From Mayamaea pseudoterrestris (Eukaryota): a stretch of 50,727 bases of DNA. A model generated the notes under the pieces. It did not search any database, was not told the DNA's origin, and worked only from the letters and a program-made list of their open reading frames with translations. The translations under genes were made by a program, and so were the position numbers. Each line of letters starts with the position of its first letter. Positions within the stretch are counted from its first letter, which is position 1. This document shows positions 37,401 through 48,312 of this stretch, piece by piece. Location of the stretch: the NCBI GenBank assembly GCA_027923505.1, contig BROI01000011.1, positions 992,001 to 1,042,727 of the forward strand. The letters run 5' to 3'.

Positions 37401-40400
37401 ACAAAGAGTTTGTGGGGATCTGATGTTTGCCACTGCTAGGGTAGGCAGTCACATAGTACCTGCTAACTGAAGCTGCTGACCTGAAGGCAAAAGGCAAGCA
37501 GGAGGCTGATGCGCAAAACAAATTCACCAAGGAGGTATGTCTTGTGCCCTTCGGATTGCACGCAGAGTGGCTGTTGGCATATGTTGCCATGTTTGCCACT
37601 GCTGTTGGGAAGGATCGGGCAGGCAACATGCAGGGAGGCAAATGCACAATAATGAATGCACTATACAATATCCATTTGTGACCTTGGGATACCTGAACAA
37701 AGGTGTGGGGGCGTTTGCCACTGGCTGGGGCAGTTCTCCTGCCAGCACGCGGCTGGCCTGAGAAGGCAAAAAGCCACAGAAGGAGGCTGATGCGCAAACA
37801 AAATTCACCAAGGAGGTATGTCTTGTGTCCTTGGATCATGCACAGTGGCTGTACGCATAGAGTGTGTGGACATTTCATGTTTGCCACCGCTAGGTCGGTG
37901 TTCGGCAGTTGGGTAGTGCACCAGCAAATCCTGCGGATCTGGAGGCAGGCAACAAGCAGGAGGCAAATGCACAAAGTGAATGCACTATACAATATCCATT
38001 TGTAACCTTGATCGTAAATCAACTCACTTTCTAGAGAACTGCTTAATCAACTAGCGTTTTGTGGATAAGACCCCGGGATAAACCAAGGTAAAGGACTGAT
38101 CATCCCGCCACTTGGAAACCGACTACGAGGTAGGCAGCCGGCACTGTCACATAGTACCTGCCAACAAAAGCTGCTGACCTGAAGTCCAAGGCAAGCAGGA
38201 GGCTGATGCGCAAACCAAATTCTCCAAGGAGGTATGTCTTGTGCCCTTGGATCATGCACAGTGGCTGTACGCATAGAGTGTGTGGGCACTTCATGTTTGC
38301 CACTGCTAGGTTGGTGTTCGGCAGTTGGGTAGTACATACCAGCAACTCCTGCGGATCTGGAAGCAGGGAACAAGCAGGAGGCAAATGCACATAGTGAATG
38401 ACCTATGCACTATCCAATTGTGACCTTGGATCATGCCCCAAGCCAGTTTACAAAGAGGTTGTGGGGATCTGATGTTTGCCACTGCCAGGAAAGGCAGTCA
38501 CAAAGTACCTGCCAAAAGAAGCTGCTGACCTGAAGGCCAAGGCAAGCAGGAGGCTGATGCACACACCAAATTCACCAAGGAGGTATGTCTTGTGCCCTTG
38601 GATCATGCACAGTGGCTGTACGCATAGAGTGTGTGGGCACTTCATGTTTGCCACTGCTAGGTTGGTGTTCGGCAGTTGGGTATACATACCAGCAACTTCT
38701 GCGGATCTGGAAGCAGGCAACAAGCAGGAGGCAAATGCACATAGTTAATGCGCTAAACACTATCCATTGGTGACCTTGGATCATGCCCCAGCCAGTTGAC
38801 AAAGAGGTTGTGGGGATCTGATGTTTGCCACTGCTAGGATAGGCAGTCACATAGTACCTGCCAACAAAAGCTGCTGACCTGAAGGCCAAGGCAAGCAGGA
38901 GGCTGATGCGCAAACCAAATTCACCTAGGAGGTATGTCTTGTGCCCTTGGATCATGCACAGTGGCTGTACTCATAGAGTGTGTGGACACTTCATGTTTGC
39001 CACTGCTAGGTTGGTGTTTGGCAGTTGGGTAGTACATACCAGCAACTTCTGCGGATCTGGAAGCAGGGAACAAGCAGGAGGCAAATGCACAAAGTGAATG
39101 CACTATACAATATTTATTTGTGACCTTGGATCATGCCCCACGCCAGTTTACAAAGAGATTGTGGGGATCTGATGTTTGCCACTGCTAGGGTAGGCAGTCA
39201 CATAGTACCTGCTAACTGAAGCTGCTGACCTGAAGGCAAAAGGCAAGCAGGAGGCTGATGCGCAAAACAAATTCACCAAGGAGGTATGTCTTGTGCCCTC
39301 GGATCATGCACAGTGGCTGTACGCATAGAGTGTGTGGGCACTTCATGTGTGCCACTGCTAGGTTGGTGTTCGGCAGTTGGGTAGTACATACCAGCAACTT
39401 CTGCGGATCTGGAAGCAGGCAACATGCAGGAGGCAAATGCACAAAGTGAATGCACTATACAATATCCATTTGTGACCTTGGATCATGCCCCAAGCCAGTT
39501 TACAAAGAGATTGTGGGGATCTGATGTTTGCCACTGCTAGGATAGGCAGTCACATAGTACCTGCCAACTGAAGCTGCTGACCTGAAGGCAAAAGGCAAGC
39601 AGGAGGCTGATGCGCAAAACAAATTCACCAAGGAGGTATGTCTTGTGCCCTCGGATCATGCACAGTGGCTGTACGCATAGAGTGTGTGGGCACTTCATGT
39701 TTGCCACTGCTAGGTTGGTGTTCGGCAGTTGGGTAGTACATACCAGCAACTTCTGCGGATCTGGAAGCAGGCAACAAGCAGGAGGCAAATGCACATAGTG
39801 AATGCACTATGCACTATCAATTTGTGACCTTGGATCATGCCCCAAGCCAGTTGACAAAGAGGTTGTGGGGATCTGATGTTTGCCGCTGCTAGGATAGGCA
39901 GTCACATAGTACCTGCCAACTGAAGCTGCTGACCTGAAGGCAAAAGGCAAGCAGGAGGCTGATGCGCAAACCAAATTCACCAAGGAGGTATGTCTTGTGC
40001 CCTTGGATCATGCACAGTGGCTGTACGCATAGAGTGTGTGGGCACTTCATGTTTGCCACTGCTAGGTTGGTGTTCGGCAGTTGGGTAGTAGATACCAGCA
40101 ACTCCTGTGGATCTGGAGGCAGGCAACAAGCAGGAGGCAAATGCACAAAGTGAATGCACTATGCACTATCCATTTGTGACCTTGGATCATGCCCCAAGCC
40201 AGTTTACAAAGAGGTTGTGGGGATCTGATGTTTGCCACTGCCAGGATAGGCAGTCACATAGTACCTGCCAAAAGAAGCTGCTGACCTGAAAGCCAAGGCA
40301 AGCAGGAGGCTGATGCACACACCAAATTCACCAAGGAGGTATGTCTTGTGCCCTTGGATCATGCACAGTGGCTGTACGCATAGAGTGTGTGGGCACTTCA

Positions 40401-43400
40401 TGTTTGCCACTGCTAGGTTGGTGTTCGGCAGTTGGGTAGTAGATACCAGCAACTACTGCGGATTTAAAGGCAGGGAACAAGCAGGAGGCAAATGCACATA
40501 GTGAATGCACTATACACTATCCATTTGTGACCTTGGATCATGCCCCAAGCCAGTTTACAAAGAGGTTGTGGGGATCTGATGTTTGCCACTGCTAGGATAG
40601 GCAGTCACATAGTACCTGCCAACAGAAGCTGCTGACCTGAAGGCCAAGGCAAGCAGGAGGCTGATGCGCAAACCAAATTCACCAAGGAGGTATGTCTTGT
40701 GCCCTTGGATCATGCACAGTGGCTGTACGCATAGAGTGTGTGGGCACTTCATGTTTGCCACTGCTAGGTTGGTGTTCGGCAGTTGGGTAGTACATACCAG
40801 CAACTCCTGCAGATCTGGAAGCAGGGAACAAGCAGGAGGCAATTGCACAAAGTTAATGCGCTATACACTATCCATTTGTGACCTTGGATCATGCCCCAGC
40901 CAGTTTACAAAGAGATTGTGGGGATCTGATGTTTGCCACTGCTAGGGTAGGCAGTCACATAGTACCTGCCAAAAGAAGCTGCTGACCTGAAGGCAAAAGG
41001 CAAGCAGGAGGCTGATGCGCAAAACAAATTCACCAAGGAGGTATGTCTTGTGCCCTTGGATCATGCACAGTGGCTGTACGCATAGAGTGTGTGGGCACTT
41101 CATGTTTGCCACTGCTAGGTTGGTGTTCGGCAGTTGGGTAGTACATACCAGCAACTTCTGCGGATCTGGAAGCAGGCAACATGCAGGAGGCAAATGCACA
41201 AAGTGAATGCACTATACAATATCCATTTGTGACCTTGGATCATGCCCCAAGCCAGTTAACAAAGAGATTGTGGGGATCTGATGTTTGCCACTGCTAGGGT
41301 AGGCAGTCACATAGTACCTGCTAACTGAAGCTGCTGACCTGAAGGCAAAAGGCAAGCAGGAGGCTGATGCGCAAAACAAATTCACCAAGGAGGTATGTCT
41401 TGTGCCCTCGGATCATGCACAGTGGCTGTACGCATAGTGTGTGTGGGCACTTCATGTTTGCCACTGCTAGGTTGGTGTTCGGCAGTTGGGTAGTACATAC
41501 CAGCAACTTCTGCGGATCTGGAAGCAGGAAACAAGCAGGAGGCAAATGCACAAAGTGAATGCACTATACAATATCCATTTGTGACCTTGGATCATGCCCC
41601 AAGCCAGTTTACAAAGAGATTGTGGGGATCTGATGTTTGCCACTGCTAGGGTAGGCAGTCACATAGTACCTGCTAACTGAAGCTGCTGACCTGAAGGCAA
41701 AAGGCAAGCAGGAGGCTGATGCGCAAAACAAATTCACCAAGGATGTATGTCTTGTGCCCTCGGATCATGCACAGTGGCTGTACGCATAGAGTGTGTGGGC
41801 ACTTCATGTTTGCCACTGCTAGGTTGGTGTTCGGCAGTTGGGTAGTACATACCAGCAACTCCTGCGGATCTGGAAGCAGGGAACAAGCAGGAGGCAAATG
41901 CACATAGTGAATGCACTATACACTATCCATTTGTGACCTTGGATCATGCCCCAAGCCAGTTTACAAAGAGGTTGTGGGGATCTGATGTTTGCCACTGCTA
42001 GGATAGGCAGTCACATAGTACCTGCCAACTGAAGCTGCTGACCTGAAGGCAAAAGGCAAGCAGGAGGCTGATGCACAAAACAAATTCACCAAGGAGGTAT
42101 GTCTTGTGCCCTTGGATCAAGCACAGTGGCTGTATGCATAGAGTGTGTGGGCACTTCATGTTTGCCAATGCTAGGTTGGTGTTTGGCAGTTGGGTATACA
42201 TACCAGCAACTTCTGCGGATCTGGAAACAGGCAACAAGCAGGAGGCAAATGAACAAAGTGAATGCACTATAAAATTTTCATTTGTGACCTTGGATCATCC
42301 CCCAAGCCAGTTTACAAAGAGGTTGTGGAGATCTGATGTTTGCCACTGCTAGGATAGGCAGTCACATAGTACCTGCCAACAGAAGCTGCTGACCTGAAGG
42401 CCAAGGCAAGCAGGAGGCTGATGCGCAAACCAAATTCACCAAGGAGGTATGTCTTGTGCCCTCGGATCATGCACAGTGGCTGTACGCATAGAGTGTGTGG
42501 GCACTTCATGTTTGCCACTGCTAGGTTGGTGTTCGGCAGTTGGGTATACATACCAGCAACTTCTGCGGATCTGGAAGCAGGCAACAAGCAGGAGGCAAAT
42601 GCACATAGTGAATGCGCTAAACACTAACCATTGGTGACCTTGGATCATGCCCCAGCCAGTTGACAAAGAGGTTGTGGGGATCTGATGTTTGCCACTGCTA
42701 GGATAGGCAGTCACATAGTACCTGCCAACAAAAGCTGCTGACCTGAAGGCCAAGGCAAGCAGGAGGCTGATGCGCAAACCAAATTCACCTAGGAGGTATG
42801 TCTTGTGCCCTTGGATTATGCACAGTGGCTGCACACATAGAGTGTGTGGGCACTTCATGTTTGGCACTGCTAGGTTGGTGTTTAACAGTTGGGTAGTACA
42901 TACCAGCAACTCCTGCAGATCTGGAAGCAGGGAACAAGCAGGAGGCAATTGCACAAAGTGAATGCGCTATACACTATCCATTGGTGACCTTGGATCATGC
43001 CCCAGCCAGTTGACAAAGAGGTTGTGGGGATCTGATGTTTGCCACTGCTAGGATAGGCAGTCACATAGTACCTGGCAACTGAAACTGCTGACCTGAAGGC
43101 CAAGACAAGCAGGAGGCTGATGCGCAAACTAAATTCACCAAGGAGGTATGTCTTGTGCCCTTGGATCAAGCACAGTGGCTATACGCATACAAAGTGAATG
43201 CACTATACAATATCCATTTGTGACCTTGGATCATGCCCCAAGCCAGTTTACAAAGAGATTGTGGGGATCTGATGTTTGCCACTGCTAGGGTAGGCAGTCA
43301 CATAGTACCTGCTAACTGAAGCTGCTGACCTGAAGGCAAAAGGCAAGCAGGAGGCTGATGCGCAAAACAAATTCACCAAGGATGTATGTCTTGTGCCCTC

Positions 43401-44827
43401 GGATCATGCACAGTGGCTGTACGCATAGAGTGTGTGGGCACTTCATGTTTGCCACTGCTAGGTTGGTGTTCGGCAGTTGGGTAGTACATACCAGCAACTC
43501 CTGCGGATCTGGAAGCAGGGAACAAGCAGGAGGCAAATGCACATAGTGAATGCACTATACACTATCCATTTGTGACCTTGGATCATGCCCCAAGCCAGTT
43601 TACAAAGAGGTTGTGGGGATCTGATGTTTGCCACTGCTAGGATAGGCAGTCACATAGTACCTGCCAACTGAAGCTGCTGACCTGAAGGCAAAAGGCAAGC
43701 AGGAGGCTGATGCACAAAACAAATTCACCAAGGAGGTATGTCTTGTGCCCTTGGATCAAGCACAGTGGCTGTATGCATAGAGTGTGTGGGCACTTCATGT
43801 TTGCCAATGCTAGGTTGGTGTTTGGCAGTTGGGTATACATACCAGCAACTTCTGCGGATCTGGAAACAGGCAACAAGCAGGAGGCAAATGAACAAAGTGA
43901 ATGCACTATAAAATTTTCATTTGTGACCTTGGATCATCCCCCAAGCCAGTTTACAAAGAGGTTGTGGAGATCTGATGTTTGCCACTGCTAGGATAGGCAG
44001 TCACATAGTACCTGCCAACAGAAGCTGCTGACCTGAAGGCCAAGGCAAGCAGGAGGCTGATGCGCAAACCAAATTCACCAAGGAGGTATGTCTTGTGCCC
44101 TCGGATCATGCACAGTGGCTGTACGCATAGAGTGTGTGGGCACTTCATGTTTGCCACTGCTAGGTTGGTGTTCGGCAGTTGGGTATACATACCAGCAACT
44201 TCTGCGGATCTGGAAGCAGGCAACAAGCAGGAGGCAAATGCACATAGTGAATGCGCTAAACACTAACCATTGGTGACCTTGGATCATGCCCCAGCCAGTT
44301 GACAAAGAGGTTGTGGGGATCTGATGTTTGCCACTGCTAGGATAGGCAGTCACATAGTACCTGCCAACAAAAGCTGCTGACCTGAAGGCCAAGGCAAGCA
44401 GGAGGCTGATGCGCAAACCAAATTCACCTAGGAGGTATGTCTTGTGCCCTTGGATTATGCACAGTGGCTGCACACATAGAGTGTGTGGGCACTTCATGTT
44501 TGGCACTGCTAGGTTGGTGTTTAACAGTTGGGTAGTACATACCAGCAACTCCTGCAGATCTGGAAGCAGGGAACAAGCAGGAGGCAATTGCACAAAGTGA
44601 ATGCGCTATACACTATCCATTGGTGACCTTGGATCATGCCCCAGCCAGTTGACAAAGAGGTTGTGGGGATCTGATGTTTGCCACTGCTAGGATAGGCAGT
44701 CACATAGTACCTGGCAACTGAAACTGCTGACCTGAAGGCCAAGACAAGCAGGAGGCTGATGCGCAAACTAAATTCACCAAGGAGGTATGTCTTGTGCCCT
44801 TGGATCAAGCACAGTGGCTATACGCAT
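19454..44827. repeat. Satellite C: 352-bp unit (diverged dimer of 173+179 bp), about 72 copies; near-identical core about 20000-33800, divergent copies 38150-44827
   Basis: The ORF track repeats with an exact 352-bp period. TGTTTGCCACTGCTAGG occurs twice per unit (20018, 20191, 20370), as do GCAGGAGGC and GGATCATGC. Confidence 0.98.
41550..44827. repeat. Tandem duplication of a 1639-bp block of satellite C (41550-43188 and 43189-44827)
   Basis: Diagnostic variants and ORFs recur at +1639 (41673/43312, 41998/43637, 42436/44075, 42882/44521). The junction TATACGCAT|ACAAAGTGAATG lies at 43188/43189. Confidence 0.92.
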
Positions 44828-45576
44828 GCCATTGACAGGTGCAGAGTCTCAATGGTGCAAAAAGGACTGCCTGGAGGCTGACACCATGGGAACGGCCTCC
44901 ACTGTGGGCATGGCCAACAATATGAGTTGTAGATTCTGACCTGTCAAACGCCCCATGCCCTGGCCACCCAAATACCCAATGAGTCAGGCAAAACCTGTCC
45001 AGGGTAAGCCATTGACAGGTACAGAGTCTCAAATGATGCAAAAATGACTTCCTGGAGGCTGACACCATGGGTACGGCCTCCACTGTGGATATGGCCAACA
45101 CCAAAAGTTGTAGATTCTGACCTGTCATACGCCCCATTCCCTGGCTACCCAAATACCCAATGAGTCAGGCAAAACTTGTCCAGGGTATGCCATTGCCTGG
45201 TGCAGAGTCTCAAATGGCGCAAAAAGGACTGCCTGGAGGCTGACACGAAGGGTACGGCCTCCACTGTGGGTATGACCAACACCACAAGTTGTAGATTCTG
45301 ACCTGTCAAACATCCCATGCCCTGGCCACCCAATTACCCAATGAGTCAGGCAAAACATGTCCAGGGTATGCCATTGACAGGTGCAGAGTCTCAAATGGTG
45401 CATAAAGGACTGCTGGAGGCTGACACCATGGGTACGGCCTCCACTGTGGGTATGGCCAACACGACAAGTTGTAGATTCTGACCTGTCAAATGCCCCATGC
45501 CCTGGCCACCCAAATACCCAATGAGTCAGGCAAAACATGTCCCGGGTATGCAATTGATAGGTGCAAAGTCTCAAAT
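44828..45576. repeat. Satellite D: 180-181-bp monomer, about 4.2 copies
   Basis: The anchor GC(C/A)ATTG occurs at 44828, 45008, 45189, 45370 and 45550, with conserved AGTTGTAGATTCTGACCTGTCA and CCCAATGAGTCAGGCAAAAC in each copy. Confidence 0.95.
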
Positions 45577-48303
45577 CCCCTGAGAAGCCTACCATCTTGT
45601 AGCGCAGCCTGAATAATTATGTTGGCACCATTCTGGTGTATTGTGGGCATCTACAGGGCTTGCTGTAGGGGCATTTGAATGTCACGGCATCTGCAGGCTG
45701 AGACTGGTGACAAGTTGTCACCAAATACATTGCCATCCCCTGAGACACCCGTCAAGCCTACCATGTTGTAGCGCAGCATGAATAATGATGGTGGCACCAT
45801 TCTGGTGTATTGTGGGCACCTACAGGGCTTGCTGTAGGGGCGTTTGAATGTCACGGCATCTGCGGGCTGAGACTGGTGAAAAGTTGTCACCAAATACATT
45901 GCCATCCCCTGATACACCAGCCAAGCCTACCATGTTGTAGCGCAGCCTGAATAATGATGGTTGCACCATTCTGGTGTATTGTGGGCACCTACAGGGCTTG
46001 CTGTAGGGGCAATTGAATGTCACGGCATCTGCGTGCTGAGACTGGTGACAAGTTGTCACCAGATACATTGCCATCCCCTGAGACAACCGCCAAGCCTACC
46101 ATCTTGTAGCGCAGCCTAAATAATGATGTTGGCACCATTCTGGTGTATCGTGGGCACCTACAGGGCTTGCTGTAGGGGCGTTTGAATGTCACGGCATCTG
46201 TGGGCTGAGACTGGTGACAAGTTGTCACCAAATACATTGCCATCCCCTGAGACACCAGCCAAGCCTACCATCTTGTAGCGCAGCCTGGATAATGATTTGT
46301 GGCACCATTCTGGTGTATTTCGGGCACCTACAGGGCTTTCTGTTGGGGCGTTTTGAATGTCACGGCATCCGCGGGCTGAGACTGGTGACAAGTTGTCACC
46401 AAATACATTGCCATCCCCTGAGACAACAGCCAAGCCTACCATCTTGTAGCGCAGCCTGAGCAATTATGTTGGCACATTCTGGTGTATTTTGGGCACCTAC
46501 AGGGCTTGCAGTAGGGGCGTTTGAATGTCACGGCATCTGCGGGCTGAGACTGGTGACAAGTTGTCACCAAATACATTGCCATCCCCTGAGACAACCGCCA
46601 AGCCTACCATCTTGTAGCGCAGCCTGAATAATGATGGTGGCACCATTCTGGTGTATTTTGGCCACCTACAGGGCTTTCTGTAGGGGCGTTTGAATGTCAC
46701 GGCAGCCGCGGGCTGAGACTGGTGACAAGTTGTCACCAAATACATTGCCACCCTCTGAGACAACAGCCAAGCCTACCATCTTGTAGCGCAGCTTGAGCAA
46801 TGATGTTGGCACCATTCTGGTGTATTTTGAGCACCTACAGGGCTTGCTGTAGGGGCGTTTAAATGTCACGGCATCTGCGGGCTGAGAGTGGTGACAAGTT
46901 GTCACCAAATACATTGCCATCCCCTGAGACAACCGCCAAGCCTATCATCTTCTAGCGCAGCCTGAATAATGATGTTGGCACCATTCTGGTGTATTGTGGG
47001 CACCTACAGGGCTTGCTGTAGGGGCGTTTGAATGTCACGGCATCTGCAGGCTGAGACTGGTGACAATGTTGTCACCAAATACATTGCCATCCCCTGAAAC
47101 ACCAGCCAAGCCTACCATCTTGTAGCGCAGCCTTTTTAATCATGGTGGCACCATTCTGGTGTATTTTGGCCACCTACAGGGCTTGCTGTAGGGGCGTTTG
47201 AATGTCACGGCATCTGTGGGCTGAGACTGGTGACAAGTTGTCACCAAATACATTGCCATCCCCTGAGACACCAGCCAAGCCTACCATCTTGTAGCGCAGC
47301 CTGATCAATGATGGTGGCACCATTCTGGTGTATTGTGGGCATCTACAGGGCTTGCTGTAGGGGCGTTTGAATGTCACAGCATCTGCAGGCTGAGACTGGT
47401 GACAATGTTGTCACCAAATACATTGCCATCCCCTGAGACACCAGCCAAGCCTACCATCTTGTAGCGCAGCCTTTTCAATCATGGTGGCACCATTCTGGTG
47501 TATTTTGGCCACCTATAGGGCTTGCTGTAGGGGCGTTTGAATGTCACGGCATCTGTGGGCTGAGACTGGTGACAAGTTGTCACCAAATACATTGCCATCC
47601 CCTGAGACACCAGCCAAGCCTACCATCTTGTAGCGCAGCCTGATCAATGATGGTGGCACCATTCTGGTGTATATTGGGCATTTACAGGGCTTGCTGTAGG
47701 GGCGTTTGAATGAGACTGGTGACAAGTTGTCACCAGATACATTGCCATCCCCTGAGACACCAGTCAAGCCTACCATCTTGTAGCGTAGCCTGAATAATGA
47801 TGTTGGCACCTTTCTGGTGTATTTTGGGCATCTACAGGGCTTGCTGTAGGGGCGTATGAATGTCATGGCATCTGTGGGCTGAGACTGGTGACAAGTTGTC
47901 ACCAAATACATTGCCATCCCCTGAGACACCAGCCAAGCCTACCATCTTGTAGCGCAGCCTGATCAATGATGTTGGCACCATTCTGGTGTATTTTGGGCTT
48001 CTACAGGGCTTGCTGTAGGGGCGTATGAATGGCACGGCATCCGCGGGCTGAGACTGGTGACAAGTTGTCACCAGATACATTTCCATCCCCTGAGACAAAA
48101 ACCAAGCCTACCATCTTGTAGCACAGCCTGATCAATGATGTTGGCACCATTCTGGTGTATTTTGGGCATCTACAGGGCTTGCTGTAGGGGCGTTTGAATG
48201 TCACGGCATCTGCGGGCTGAGACTGGTGACAAGTTGTCACCAAATACATTGCCATCCCCTGAGACACCAGCCAAGCATACTATCTTGTAGCGCAGCTTAA
48301 ATA
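45577..48303. repeat. Satellite E: 169-bp monomer, about 16 copies
   Basis: ORF-track period of 169 (45651, 45820, 45989, 46158). GAGACTGGTGACAAGTTGTCACCAAATACATTGCCATCCCCTGAGAC is conserved across copies. Confidence 0.97.
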
Positions 48304-48312
48304 AGAAGGTTA

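Noticed and set aside
33830..37990. Indel-rich degenerate C units, and similar ones at 12098-12620, 13640-13700 and 19454-19560
   Set aside because: Scattered private small deletions and homopolymer changes look like unpolished long-read error rather than real divergence, so they were not interpreted biologically.
37990..38150. Apparent unique insertion inside satellite C
   Set aside because: Fragments of the C unit remain in order (GTGG...CTGAT...GCCACT...GGTAGGCAG...GTCACATAG) with extra bases interleaved, at the end of an indel-rich stretch. This is most likely a low-coverage consensus or join artefact; there is no TSD or terminal repeat.
9955..48303. Hundreds of repeated 60-170 aa ORFs in satellites B-E
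   Set aside because: They overlap in several frames on both strands, often start at non-ATG codons, are Cys/His-rich as expected from TG/CA-rich DNA, have no recognisable domain, and gain or lose stops and frameshifts freely between copies.
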